A DNA stretch of 64,000 nt from IMG/VR virus record IMGVR_UViG_3300027971_000029, positions 60,558 through 124,557 of that record, one strand, 5' to 3'. The notes under the pieces were generated by a model, which saw nothing but the letters and a program-made list of their open reading frames with translations, ran no database searches and was not told the origin of the DNA. The stretch's first letter is position 1. Each line of letters begins with the position of its first letter. Both the position numbers and the translations under genes were made by a program. Positions 43,907 through 54,120 of this stretch are shown here, piece after piece. The DNA is from a virus (Duplodnaviria; Caudoviricetes).

Positions 43907-46272
43907 TTTGGTATCAACTCAGGATATTTTTTATACATGTCTTCTTTTGATAACTCATGCATATCAGCCCACACCTTAGCTTCTTTTTTTGTTTTTGTGG
44001 TTCTGATATGATTGCCTTTTTCATCATGCACATTATATTCAACATCAGCAGTAGTTCTACCTCTAAAACTTTCTTTCTTAGTTATAGAGGCTTTCTTTTC
44101 TTCTGTCACTCTACCCAATGAATCGTATTTACTACTAGCAGTTCCTAATGGTGGCGTGATTAATTCTTTACCTCCAAACTCATCGTCAATATTTATTGGA
44201 GATTTATGAAGTTTTTTCTTTATTTCTTTGAGCGAGAGGGTGCCGGTTTTGCGAGTACTTTTTTCGCCGCTGGCTTCTTTGGCGTAGATTGTTGTTTCTT
44301 CGCTGGCGTTTTCTTCGGTGGGGTTGGCTTCGCAACCACAGTGTTCTCTAAGTTCACGGGTGCTTCTTGGACCGGTGCTGGCTCGACTGCTGGTGTCTCT
44401 ACTACTTCCGGTTCCGATTTCTTCTTGAATAGTGCCGCTATTGCTTTGAACATTGTAATTCTCCTGTTTGAATTTTTCTCTGATTGATGATAACGATACA
44501 GATTTCTCTGTAATTAATTCACTGAAACTTATATCGATTTCTTCTTTTCTGATACCTTTTTCTGCCGCTTTCAATTTATTGAGAGTGGATGATTTCTTTG
44601 CTTTGTCTAAACGACCCTTGAGTTCTGGTGTCATTTCAGTCTTTGTAATGTCTGCAACTGATTTTAATTTTGGTGCTGTAGGTTGTCTAGCGGTTGTTGG
44701 TTTTGATGAACCCAAAGAACCTGACTGAGTTGGAATGTCTGGAGATGGTGTTGGTTGATTCTTATTGATAGCAACCAATTCATCATTAACTGAATGATGT
44801 GTGATTTCTCTATCTTTACCATAACGACCAAAACCATAGTAAGTCAGACCAAGTTTAGATGCTTGCTCACCAGCACCAGAACCTTTACGAACAGGTCTTG
44901 CTTCAAGATTTTTCTCGACTGTCTTATCTTTACGAACAAGTTCAGTTGAAATCCATGACTTAGCAATATCTGATTTAGGTGCAGACGCTGTAAATTTTCT
45001 TACAGTCTTAAAAATATTATTAAGTTCTTGTGTCTTTCTATGAACAACATCAGGTGGTGCATTTCGTAAATCTTCTGAGTTATCATAGTGAAAGAAATTA
45101 GATTGACCAAATAGCTTTTGTAATTCAGGTCTTGCAGCCTGTGCAGAATCCCATTTCTCTTTGCGAATTTTATCAGGTACTTCACGACCGCCTCTTTGAC
45201 CTCTATCAATATTTCTTTGGCGAGATACTTCATCAGCAGTGTCAACGAAAACCATTTGAGTTTCATAACCCAAGTCTTCAAGTTCTTTTTTGATACGCTT
45301 TGTCTTTTCGATATCGTCAGCAGTACCATTGATGATTAGACCATTGCGTCCATTGATTGCAAGGCGCTGTCTTAATTCTGTAACTGACTTAGCAGTACCA
45401 CGAATCTCATCTCTCTGTGCTTGTTCTGATTCAGGCATCTTTTTATTCAGACGCTTTTTGTCCATCAAGAATTCAAAAGCATTGTCAGAATTGATTTCAG
45501 TTAGACCATTCCCAGCAAGAGTTTTACCCATCACAAAATCTTTGCCTGAACCAGGACCACCTGCTAAGAAAATTGCTTTGAAGATACCTGAATCGTGAAC
45601 ACCTTCAACAAGAAGATTCTCAAAAAGAATGTCCATTGTAATCTCAACAGATTCTTTCACTTCACCGATGTACTTGTCTAAAAGACTCTTCACTTTCTCA
45701 GGACTTTTTGCATGTGGATATAATTGACTTATCATTTGTCTCTTTGCCTTATCATCCGCTTTGGCATACATCTCTCTGACTTGTGAACCTGAGTAGACTT
45801 CTTTGCCATTTAATTGGAATACTTTTTTCTTTGTAACGAATATGTATCCATGCCCAGTCTTCTCATCAAAAGGTTTGCATTCTTTAATTGATTTGTATGG
45901 TTGATAGTATGACTTTGAACCATCTTTCTTTGTGTAGTTCACAGGGTCTCGCTCACTACGAACCAAGATAAGAATATCTTTCTTTGGGTTGTACTGCGCT
46001 AGAATTTCTTTGGGATTTACAGGTTGAATAACCTGCACGAATTTATCTGTAACGCCTGCTTGTTGCGCTAAGAATTGTTTGTCTTTGAATGGGATAGGTC
46101 TTTGCTTTGTGTCGTTACTTGAGGCGACATAGAAATCAGCACTTGGGAAAGCACTTTTCGCTTGTTCGTAACTACTCATATGACCTGCATGAAAAGGCTG
46201 AAAGCCTCCACCATACACGACAATGACCTTGGATTGACTTTTGGCTTCTGCCAAAAATTTGCTAAATTTCAT
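43903..46272 (-). CDS. fusion of HIGH-type nucleotidyltransferase-like and P-loop kinase domains with a disordered tail
   Basis: GGGFQPFHAGH; AIFLAGGPGSGKD...IINGT...RN..R..R. Confidence 0.8.
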   Translation of the reverse strand: MKFSKFLAEAKSQSKVIVVYGGGFQPFHAGHMSSYEQAKSAFPSADFYVASSNDTKQRPIPFKDKQFLAQQAGVTDKFVQVIQPVNPKEILAQYNPKKDILILVRSERDPVNYTKKDGSKSYYQPYKSIKECKPFDEKTGHGYIFVTKKKVFQLNGKEVYSGSQVREMYAKADDKAKRQMISQLYPHAKSPEKVKSLLDKYIGEVKESVEITMDILFENLLVEGVHDSGIFKAIFLAGGPGSGKDFVMGKTLAGNGLTEINSDNAFEFLMDKKRLNKKMPESEQAQRDEIRGTAKSVTELRQRLAINGRNGLIINGTADDIEKTKRIKKELEDLGYETQMVFVDTADEVSRQRNIDRGQRGGREVPDKIRKEKWDSAQAARPELQKLFGQSNFFHYDNSEDLRNAPPDVVHRKTQELNNIFKTVRKFTASAPKSDIAKSWISTELVRKDKTVEKNLEARPVRKGSGAGEQASKLGLTYYGFGRYGKDREITHHSVNDELVAINKNQPTPSPDIPTQSGSLGSSKPTTARQPTAPKLKSVADITKTEMTPELKGRLDKAKKSSTLNKLKAAEKGIRKEEIDISFSELITEKSVSLSSIREKFKQENYNVQSNSGTIQEEIGTGSSRDTSSRASTGPRSTRELREHCGCEANPTEENASEETTIYAKEASGEKSTRKTGTLSLKEIKKKLHKSPINIDDEFGGKELITPPLGTASSKYDSLGRVTEEKKASITKKESFRGRTTADVEYNVHDEKGNHIRTTKTKKEAKVWADMHELSKEDMYKKYPELIPK
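44220..44453 (-). CDS. nested alternate-frame gene; Lys/Ala/Pro-rich histone-like peptide
   Basis: AGGAG-7nt-ATG; MFKAIAALF... KKTPAKK, KKPAAKK repeats. Confidence 0.55.
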   Translation of the reverse strand: MFKAIAALFKKKSEPEVVETPAVEPAPVQEAPVNLENTVVAKPTPPKKTPAKKQQSTPKKPAAKKVLAKPAPSRSKK

Positions 46273-46306
46273 TTTGCCTCTACAGCAAACAGTTAAAGAA
46301 TACTGT

Positions 46307-46314
46307 TATTTATA
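46307..46314 (-). promoter_or_regulatory. T4-type late promoter
   Basis: TATAAATA on the minus strand upstream of 46272. Confidence 0.75.
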
Positions 46315-46777
46315 ATTCTGCCATAGTGGGGTCTTTCAATAACTCAGGAAAATCAGTACAGATACCTAAGAAACTCATTTTAAGAGTGTCATCAGGTAAG
46401 AAATGATGTTCTGGCATTACACCTACAGACAATTGTCCTACTGGCATTTGACCTGGATAAGCCCACACATATCCCCATGAAGTCATGGTGTAATCATCTT
46501 TATCATGGAAGAATGTGTGTAGGTTATGTTTCAGACAATATTCAAATGCTTCTCTATTTTTAGCATGAATCCAAAGAAGAGTTCTTCTACTCTGAAGCCA
46601 ATCTAAATCAATATCATATTGTGGACCATCGTGACCGAGATAGAGTACATCTCCAACGAGCCTCAAATCTATCTCAACAGAAAAACCTTTTGCTATCGCC
46701 TCATCAATGAATGATGGAGAATTCTCTCTGGTCTCATCAGGACCAAAGCGATTGCCACGATGGGAGATAAACATCAT
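46310..46777 (-). CDS. GDPD/PLC-like phosphodiesterase domain protein
   Basis: ISHRGN..G....EN...VEID...LGHD, WIHAKN, GICTD. Confidence 0.75.
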   Translation of the reverse strand: MMFISHRGNRFGPDETRENSPSFIDEAIAKGFSVEIDLRLVGDVLYLGHDGPQYDIDLDWLQSRRTLLWIHAKNREAFEYCLKHNLHTFFHDKDDYTMTSWGYVWAYPGQMPVGQLSVGVMPEHHFLPDDTLKMSFLGICTDFPELLKDPTMAEL

Positions 46778-47466
46778 TTTTGCACCTGAACCCAAATCCA
46801 TTGTGGATGCTCATCATGGCAAGTACCAGTCAATGTGTGTGAGAAGTTTTTGAATCCTACACTGCAAACATCAGTCTGTAATGCATCAACATCTTCAACT
46901 CTTGTATCTTTGTTATGTACTTCACTAAACGAACCATAGTCGCTTTGAAAGTAATCAACTGACCTTGGATGTCCTGGACCAAATCCCATTTGAAAACAGA
47001 AACTACCGCCTGGTTTCAATGCACGAAAAAACTCTTTGTAGAGATTGATACGAACATTTCTTGATGTAATGTGTTGCATACAGATAACACTGAAGATAAC
47101 ATCATATGTTTCATCAGCAATCATCGGAATAGATTTACCATCATTAGCCCAAAGATTTGGGATTGCAATACCAGCATCTTCAAGATTGATTTTTGCTTTA
47201 TCGATACAGTCAGGTGCAATATCGCAACCATCGACTCTATCGAACCAATCTTTGAATCGAATCATGTTACGACCAGGACCGCAACCATATTCAAATGCTA
47301 ACTTGCCTTTTGTATCAAGACCTCTGAACAACTCAGTCTCATATTCTTTGAATGCTTGATGTTCGTGATACCATCCAACTACAGGATTCTTATTCTGTAA
47401 TGACCAACCACCAGAAATGTGATTCCAAAAGTTGGATTGATTTTGTAAAAACTCTTCTTCTTTCAT
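46774..47466 (-). CDS. class I SAM-dependent methyltransferase
   Basis: EYGCGPGR, GCDI, YDVI, LKPGG. Confidence 0.9.
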   Translation of the reverse strand: MKEEEFLQNQSNFWNHISGGWSLQNKNPVVGWYHEHQAFKEYETELFRGLDTKGKLAFEYGCGPGRNMIRFKDWFDRVDGCDIAPDCIDKAKINLEDAGIAIPNLWANDGKSIPMIADETYDVIFSVICMQHITSRNVRINLYKEFFRALKPGGSFCFQMGFGPGHPRSVDYFQSDYGSFSEVHNKDTRVEDVDALQTDVCSVGFKNFSHTLTGTCHDEHPQWIWVQVQK

Positions 47467-47467
47467 A

Positions 47468-48265
47468 TTAACCTCTCAAATATTTTGTTGTGAACCATGG
47501 ATACCAATCAATCTCAGGGAATGCTGGCGGCGTCATATAATTGGTAATCGGACCGATACCATTTATTCCGTTGCCAGGAGTCTGCCACTTCGCTTTGAAG
47601 TGTCCTTGAGAATGATTTAGAATATAATTTGTATTAACACCAGTGATGTTTTCAATTTCGTGATGTTGATTTACATATGTTTCATCGATTGCTTTAGAAC
47701 CAATGTCAGTAGCGATTAAACTTCTGATACCAATATCATTGTGAATAAAACCCCAATCGTGAGTTTCTGCAATAGACAATTTAGATTTATCATAGAACAT
47801 GAAACATCTTTTTAGAAAGTCTGCATCACCACAATAGCAACCAAGATATCTTTCATCAAACCAACCTACTGTAGCCAATACTTTCTTCTTCATGTAAAAG
47901 AATGTGTCGCCAGCAGGTCCCCAAATCAAATCATACTTATCACAGTCTCTGCGAATTAGATTTGAAATATTAGGATGAATAGCAGTATCATCTTGAACAA
48001 ACATTGCATCATCATGTTTTTTGAATGCTTTGATGAAGATGTTGTTCCAAGACCTAGCACAATATGAATTAGCCTCAGGGTCTGATAGAGTATTGTAAGT
48101 GATACTCTTAACACGCTTTGCATTTTCTTCAGTCAACCTAACTTCAGGATGATTAGAAAATATATGAATGTCGTGAGCAGTCGATGCACCGAAGGTGTTA
48201 ATCTGTCTGTTCAGTGCCTGTGGTCTATTAAATGTCAAAATCCAAACTTGCATAATTATCTCCAA
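47468..48265 (-). CDS. glycosyltransferase (GT-A fold)
   Basis: LTFNRP, SWN, QDD, VGWFDERY...D.D. Confidence 0.75.
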   Translation of the reverse strand: MEIIMQVWILTFNRPQALNRQINTFGASTAHDIHIFSNHPEVRLTEENAKRVKSITYNTLSDPEANSYCARSWNNIFIKAFKKHDDAMFVQDDTAIHPNISNLIRRDCDKYDLIWGPAGDTFFYMKKKVLATVGWFDERYLGCYCGDADFLKRCFMFYDKSKLSIAETHDWGFIHNDIGIRSLIATDIGSKAIDETYVNQHHEIENITGVNTNYILNHSQGHFKAKWQTPGNGINGIGPITNYMTPPAFPEIDWYPWFTTKYLRG

Positions 48266-48269
48266 AATT

Positions 48270-49646
48270 TCATTTATGATTATCTAAAAAGTAATTCAAG
48301 TCTTCTGGTGTACCGATACCCCACATCTTTTGGATTTGTTTAACACGAATCTTCTTTCCATCACCAATTGCCTCATTGAATACTGGGCAGACATAAAACT
48401 CGCCATTTGTTCTAATGTCTTTATGAATCATTTGTCTAGCATACTTGACATAATCAGAACCTTTGTTCCAATAGTAAACACCAACTGTTGCTTGATTAGA
48501 AATCACTTTCTTCTCTGCAACTTCTGAAACAAAACCATTGTCATCTAGTTTAGCATATGACCATTTAGGATGTGTAGCTTCGAATGTTAGAATGCCACCA
48601 TCGATGTTATCTGCTTTGAAAGCATACATGCATTCGTTTGAATTCCATTCGACAAACTGGTCAGAGTTTGCCATGATGAGTGGTTCGTCATTGTCGATAA
48701 ATTCTTGTGCAAGAAGTGTGGTGCAAGCGGCACCTTCTGTCATACCATCAACTTGAACGATTGTACAGTTTGGTGCAATCAAGTTAAGCATGTATTTGAG
48801 ATTGTATTTCTCATAGTGTTCTTTCTGAACTAGAAAAATGTAGTTGGCTTCAATGTTCAAATTCTCAACAACAACTTGAATCATTGGTTTACCACGAACT
48901 TCAATCAGTGGTTTAGGGAATGTATAACCCGCTTGTGCAAATCTTGAACCTGCGCCAGCCATTGGGATTAAGACATTCAGTTTTTTGTCACGCCAAGGAA
49001 TGTTTGTCTTCTGTTGTTCATTTTCAAACTCTTCGACTCTTTGCATAAATTTTAATGCATTCAAGTCACTGGCATTCTCAACTGGATATAAAATAGCACC
49101 AGAGTCAATTGCGCCTTGTCGCCCTATGTGGCTGTCTTCAATAATGATTGTATTCTTAGGTAATGCATTCAACCCAATCATACAACGCCAGTACATTTCT
49201 GGAAATGGTTTTGCGAATCGAACATCTTGATTGCTGACAATGTAATCAATTTCACCTAAGATGCCAATCGTATCAAGTGCAATGCGAACAGTTTCACGAA
49301 TGCTGTTAGATGCAACTGCAATCTTCCAGCCTTTCATTTTCAACTGAGCAATTAGATATCTAGCTGTATGATTCTTTGGAAGTTTTCTTAGCAAATCAAA
49401 TGTTGCTATCTGCTTATCTTCCCAAATTTTATTAAAGTATTTTCTATCTAAGCCTTTTCGTTCAGATAGCATCTCAAGTTTTCTTGTAGTGTTCAATCCA
49501 TCATATGTGCTTAGATGTTCTTCACGAGTAATTACAAACTCTTGACCAATCTTAGCAAGTGCATCATTCAATGCATCATAGTGTAACTCTCTCGAATCAA
49601 TTAACACACCATCTAAATCAAAAATTACAAGTTTATTCTGCATCAC
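48270..49646 (-). CDS. HAD phosphatase fused to sugar-phosphate nucleotidyltransferase
   Basis: FDLDGVLIDS...KP.PE...IEDS; IPMAGAGSRF...PKPLI...GTPEDL. Confidence 0.9.
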   Translation of the reverse strand: MMQNKLVIFDLDGVLIDSRELHYDALNDALAKIGQEFVITREEHLSTYDGLNTTRKLEMLSERKGLDRKYFNKIWEDKQIATFDLLRKLPKNHTARYLIAQLKMKGWKIAVASNSIRETVRIALDTIGILGEIDYIVSNQDVRFAKPFPEMYWRCMIGLNALPKNTIIIEDSHIGRQGAIDSGAILYPVENASDLNALKFMQRVEEFENEQQKTNIPWRDKKLNVLIPMAGAGSRFAQAGYTFPKPLIEVRGKPMIQVVVENLNIEANYIFLVQKEHYEKYNLKYMLNLIAPNCTIVQVDGMTEGAACTTLLAQEFIDNDEPLIMANSDQFVEWNSNECMYAFKADNIDGGILTFEATHPKWSYAKLDDNGFVSEVAEKKVISNQATVGVYYWNKGSDYVKYARQMIHKDIRTNGEFYVCPVFNEAIGDGKKIRVKQIQKMWGIGTPEDLNYFLDNHK

Positions 49647-50262
49647 GATGAACCTTATTATGTTTTACTATACTTGCACCATTACACTTCCAATTAGCAA
49701 TCTCTCTCATACGAATAGACCACTCAACATCTTCAGCACTACCCCATGTCATTTCTTCATTCATTGGGCACTTCTTCATAAAATCTTTCTTCACAATCAT
49801 GTAACCGCCTGACTGATACATGAATTTAGTATGACCCCAATCATCATATCTCAATGATGTGTAGCGAGGAAAGATACGAGAATCCCAGCAAACCCAATCA
49901 GTGAAATGTCTCTTACCAGTAATCAACTGTTGTGCATTAGAACACACATCCCAATCTTCACCGAATGCTACAAAGTTTGTATACCAGTCTTTGTCGAAAG
50001 TGTAGTAGTCGTGAAAAATTACAACATTGTCGTACTTAGCTTCCTGTGCAAGAATGTTTTTCTTACGAGTAACCCACTTCTTTTTTATAGTCTCATCAAA
50101 GAAGATATGCTTTGCATTAGCAGTATCGTTAAAAAGACCTTGTCCGATAATTAAAATTTCATGGTTAGGTATATTGAGTGCGGCAATAGAATTACAGACT
50201 TCATTTAGTCTCTGTACATTTTTGTAGTCTGTTGTTATGCCGAAAGTAAAATTCATACGCAC
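49633..50262 (-). CDS. glycosyltransferase (GT-A fold)
   Basis: W.TRKKN, FHDY, EDVEWS. Confidence 0.75.
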   Translation of the reverse strand: MRMNFTFGITTDYKNVQRLNEVCNSIAALNIPNHEILIIGQGLFNDTANAKHIFFDETIKKKWVTRKKNILAQEAKYDNVVIFHDYYTFDKDWYTNFVAFGEDWDVCSNAQQLITGKRHFTDWVCWDSRIFPRYTSLRYDDWGHTKFMYQSGGYMIVKKDFMKKCPMNEEMTWGSAEDVEWSIRMREIANWKCNGASIVKHNKVHRDAE

Positions 50263-51206
50263 CTCAAAATATCATCGACTGTGTTCCCAATCAATCTATT
50301 AAGTGTAACATATTCATAGGATTTGTCAATCAATTCTTTGTCACTTTTGAATGTTTTAAGGATGTTTACCAATTGTTCATCAGTATCATACACCATACCA
50401 AAGTCTTTCATTGTCTCAGCGCCAGCAATGTTACGAGCAACCCATTGTGTTTTATTCAACATTGATTCAAGAAGAACTAAACCAAAGCCTTCTGAGTATG
50501 AATGTAGAATATACAAGTCTGCTTCACGAATTGCAGACATAACATCTGCACGAGAATCGATTAGAAATGGTTTGACAAACTCTGATTCATTTGGCATTAG
50601 TCCATGACGATTATCATAACCAGTTAGAACGAGAGTTGTATCAGGAACTTGTGCATTGTTGAACACTTCAACTAATTCATGCATTGCTTTGTTTGGCCAG
50701 TAACCACCGCATGATAGAAACATGTTCTTAGTTTTGATACCATACTTTTCACGAAAGCCTTGCATACCGATAGAAATCTTCTCATCAATACCATGTCGAA
50801 CAGCAATACCCTTTCTAAGTATATTGTGTTTTCTAATGTGTTTCCAATCTGCTGTAGTTGAGCATCCAAGATACTTACACTCTTGCAATGCTTTCAAACA
50901 TGTTGGTGATTCAGATGGTAGAATTAATTGATAGAGAATAGGTGATTTTATTTTTGATGCATTTGATAAAACAAAATTCTGTACATTAACATCACCACCA
51001 TGAACAACAATCAAATCCCATGTTTCATTTAAAATTTGTGCATCACTGCTAACTTTAACACCATTCAAGTCGCCCTGATGTTCGCCTGCTAGAACCCACA
51101 CTTCATGCCCACGAGATAGGGTTTCTTCTGCCATGTCTCGCACATAGTTTTCTGAGCCACCAGGAAAAGGTGCATAACGATGCACAACATATAATAACTT
51201 AGCCAT
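50253..51206 (-). CDS. glycosyltransferase family 4 (GT-B fold)
   Basis: P..GGSE, ADLYILHS.SEGFGLVLLESM; start at MAKLL. Confidence 0.88.
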   Translation of the reverse strand: MAKLLYVVHRYAPFPGGSENYVRDMAEETLSRGHEVWVLAGEHQGDLNGVKVSSDAQILNETWDLIVVHGGDVNVQNFVLSNASKIKSPILYQLILPSESPTCLKALQECKYLGCSTTADWKHIRKHNILRKGIAVRHGIDEKISIGMQGFREKYGIKTKNMFLSCGGYWPNKAMHELVEVFNNAQVPDTTLVLTGYDNRHGLMPNESEFVKPFLIDSRADVMSAIREADLYILHSYSEGFGLVLLESMLNKTQWVARNIAGAETMKDFGMVYDTDEQLVNILKTFKSDKELIDKSYEYVTLNRLIGNTVDDILRCV

Positions 51207-52062
51207 ATTTCTTCTCAATAATTTTTCGCCATTCGGGAACACGGTCATACTGATGCACAAGATAGAATGGTTCACCTGTACTGGTACACACTACATCATC
51301 TTTCATAATTGGTGTAGGCTCAAAGAGATGTGGTCTGAATTCTTCAATCTTACTTGGGTCAGCAGTTGTTCCTAATTGGGCTGCCCATCCTTCTTCAGAA
51401 TTTGTAAACCTAGTTACATCACGATATGTTTTTGTGTGTAGCAGAACATTCAATGCGGCTTGGTCTGGACCACCACCGCCAGGAACATTCTGTGGTGAAC
51501 CTGAACATGACATGAACAGATTCAAAAACAAATCAATCATTGTATCAAATCTACCTGATACAGTTCCTGCATTGTAGATGAGATTGTTTTTGTTTGCTTC
51601 GTAGATTAATGGACCAAAAGATTGAATGAGGTTGTTCTTACCCCATGCCTCATCTCTGTAACGAATAGATTCACAAGCAACATTGATAGTCTTGTCGCCC
51701 ATATTCTTTTCTAACCACTCTGATGGATTTCTTTGAAAGACAACATCACGAACATCGGTTGCTATTAGATAGCGATATTCTGCACGGTCTTCTAGTTGAC
51801 TCATAAAGTACCATAGATGCATGAATCGTTCAAGCATAATGTTGAACTCTTCACGGTACTCGAATCTTTTCAATTCATCATTGCGAGTGAAAGCAATGAT
51901 TACATAACCTCTCTTGGTTAATTCTTCTACAACATCAAAAGAGATATTGTAGCAAAGCATAACTTTCTTGCCTGTGAACCCACAGGTGTCAAGAGAGTTT
52001 ACCCAATACTTTATTTTGTCGAAATCATAATTGGTGATAGCACCAACAACCACATCTTGCAT
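51199..52062 (-). CDS. glycosyltransferase-like protein
   Basis: TDVRDVVFQ.NP, NAG, DQAALN, VHQYDR. Confidence 0.75.
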   Translation of the reverse strand: MQDVVVGAITNYDFDKIKYWVNSLDTCGFTGKKVMLCYNISFDVVEELTKRGYVIIAFTRNDELKRFEYREEFNIMLERFMHLWYFMSQLEDRAEYRYLIATDVRDVVFQRNPSEWLEKNMGDKTINVACESIRYRDEAWGKNNLIQSFGPLIYEANKNNLIYNAGTVSGRFDTMIDLFLNLFMSCSGSPQNVPGGGGPDQAALNVLLHTKTYRDVTRFTNSEEGWAAQLGTTADPSKIEEFRPHLFEPTPIMKDDVVCTSTGEPFYLVHQYDRVPEWRKIIEKKYG

Positions 52063-52081
52063 AACAACCTCACTTGTTTAA

Positions 52082-52603
52082 TTACTTATCTATAAATCCT
52101 AAAAATGACTCTACAGCAATTTTATCGTCACTTGTTTTAAAATCTTTCTTTCGCATGATAGTCTTCATTCTAACTTCAAACGAATCACCCATTATATCAA
52201 TAACTACAGGAAGATTCAAGTCTTTTTGCAAGTCTACCAATACTGCTTGCCCATCACCATGTGCTTTAATCTTAGCCGCTTTGTTCTTCTCAATCTTTTT
52301 GAAGAACTGTTGCAACTCGGTAATCTTAATACAAGGAACATTTCTCGAATCGCTCATTCTTTCAGCAAAGTGTTTTGTGAATTGAATGTCTACTTGATAT
52401 TTTTTAAGAAGTCTATCGGCAAAAGTTTCTAAGTCTTTCAATTGCTGTGATGTATATAGAGTACATTGTTCAGCATCTTCTTTGACTGTTTGACCAGGAG
52501 TGTCTTTCTTATATTTCTTCACTAACTCTGGTCTACCTTCTTCACCAGCACCAGCTTTTGAAACAAACTCTTGTTCAGCAATATGTTCAGAGAATTTTAA
52601 CAT
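52082..52603 (-). CDS. hypothetical late protein
   Basis: MLKFSEHIAE N-terminus; FTKHF.ER..D.RN...KTIMRK. Confidence 0.65.
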   Translation of the reverse strand: MLKFSEHIAEQEFVSKAGAGEEGRPELVKKYKKDTPGQTVKEDAEQCTLYTSQQLKDLETFADRLLKKYQVDIQFTKHFAERMSDSRNVPCIKITELQQFFKKIEKNKAAKIKAHGDGQAVLVDLQKDLNLPVVIDIMGDSFEVRMKTIMRKKDFKTSDDKIAVESFLGFIDK

Positions 52604-52888
52604 TTAGCTTCTTGTAAGTGTTAGAATCTTTTGAATCTGCGTTTCAAGAATTGGTCTACGATTAGGCCAATTGATATATGGTTTGTCAGCAGTCTTTAGA
52701 AGATTCGATAAGAACGGCATAATAAGTTTTTCTACTTGCATCAATCGTGCTTTGTATTCTTCAACAGTCTCATCTTTCTCTGCAATTACAGCATTGTATT
52801 CTTCTTCAGATACAGCAGAGAATCCAAAATCATTATCACTGTATTCATTTAGAATAGCATTAATATCATATGTAATTTTTGTTGCCAT
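52604..52888 (-). CDS. conserved hypothetical protein
   Basis: DFGFSAV...P.L.NL.K...YI.WPNR. Confidence 0.7.
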   Translation of the reverse strand: MATKITYDINAILNEYSDNDFGFSAVSEEEYNAVIAEKDETVEEYKARLMQVEKLIMPFLSNLLKTADKPYINWPNRRPILETQIQKILTLTRS

Positions 52889-54120
52889 TATTTACTCCAT
52901 GCCTTTTGTGCAGTAAAGTTTAGATGACTGAATTCAAGCCTATCAACTAATTTCACAGCGTTGCCTTTTAGTTTATCTACTGCAACAAAACCTTCTGGAT
53001 TTGTCACTTTGAAACCGTCTTCAGTTTGTACAAATGTACTTGTGACTTGTTTCATTTGTTGCAACTTCTTAATGGTCATGTTCTTTGCTTCAACAAGTAA
53101 ATTCTGCAAATCAAAAATGAGTTTTAAGTTACTTGCATTTGAACGATAGAATCGCATGATTTCATTCTTCTCTGCGATTCTTTTCTTTATAGTCTCTGCC
53201 ATCTTAACTTCTTTGATAGCTTTGTTCAATTTCTCTTCAACATAACGAATCAATTCGGCAGTGTGTGCAGTAGTGTTCTTAATAGCTTCACCTGAACGAA
53301 CTTTTGTATTGTTGAATGTTTTGATTTGAACTTTTATAGTCTCACTTGTAGCAATCTCATTCAATGTTTTTGCATTGATTTGATTGAAGAGTCTTCCTGC
53401 ATCAGCAAGAATACCTGTGATTTCTACTGTCTCTTCTTTTGTGAATGTTGCAGTGCCTGATGCATCAGTGAAATATGCATCACGGAACCAAACATCTTTC
53501 GTTGTTGTCAGATTCTTGATATCGATATTGAATGACGCCTTCATGTCTGAGAAAGTTTTACCAGTGTATGAAGTGTGAAATACAATACCCATCTGTGCGG
53601 CAAGCATTGTCTTTGCTAACTTTGATTCTGATGGAACTGCATAGACTAATGTGTTCGGTTGAAATGTGATATACTCAACACCATCAATTGTTTGAGTCTT
53701 CACATCACCTTTAGAGAACATCATGTCACCTTGCAAGACACCTTTGATACCAAGTTTTGGAAGATATCTTAGTGCAACTTTTAACTTTGCATTAAGACCT
53801 TCACCACTATGGTTAGTATCGATATCGGCATCAGTATAATTCAACTTTGCATTTGCATTGAATACACCTTTAGTGCCAACAAAGAACTTACCATTGTCTG
53901 GATTGATACCGCAGAATACTGCTGGTGAACCATCCCATTTTGTTGTGGTATTGATTTTTGATTCTGAATGACCAGCAAGCATATCACGCAGTGAACGGAG
54001 AAAGTTAATCGCATCTCTAGTACCAGCGACACCACGATTCAGAACTTCATCTTCAAGGTGTTCGAGGTGAAGGTTTGCACCTTCTTTCTTTGATTCGATT
54101 AAAAATTGTGCGAATTTCAT
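52888..54120 (-). CDS. conserved T4-like protein (DUF6267-like; nucleotidyltransferase-like KxDG motif)
   Basis: HLEHLED, TKWDGSPA, FFVGTK, QGD, FQPNT..Y, PEGFV, KLVDR.EFS. Confidence 0.75.
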   Translation of the reverse strand: MKFAQFLIESKKEGANLHLEHLEDEVLNRGVAGTRDAINFLRSLRDMLAGHSESKINTTTKWDGSPAVFCGINPDNGKFFVGTKGVFNANAKLNYTDADIDTNHSGEGLNAKLKVALRYLPKLGIKGVLQGDMMFSKGDVKTQTIDGVEYITFQPNTLVYAVPSESKLAKTMLAAQMGIVFHTSYTGKTFSDMKASFNIDIKNLTTTKDVWFRDAYFTDASGTATFTKEETVEITGILADAGRLFNQINAKTLNEIATSETIKVQIKTFNNTKVRSGEAIKNTTAHTAELIRYVEEKLNKAIKEVKMAETIKKRIAEKNEIMRFYRSNASNLKLIFDLQNLLVEAKNMTIKKLQQMKQVTSTFVQTEDGFKVTNPEGFVAVDKLKGNAVKLVDRLEFSHLNFTAQKAWSK

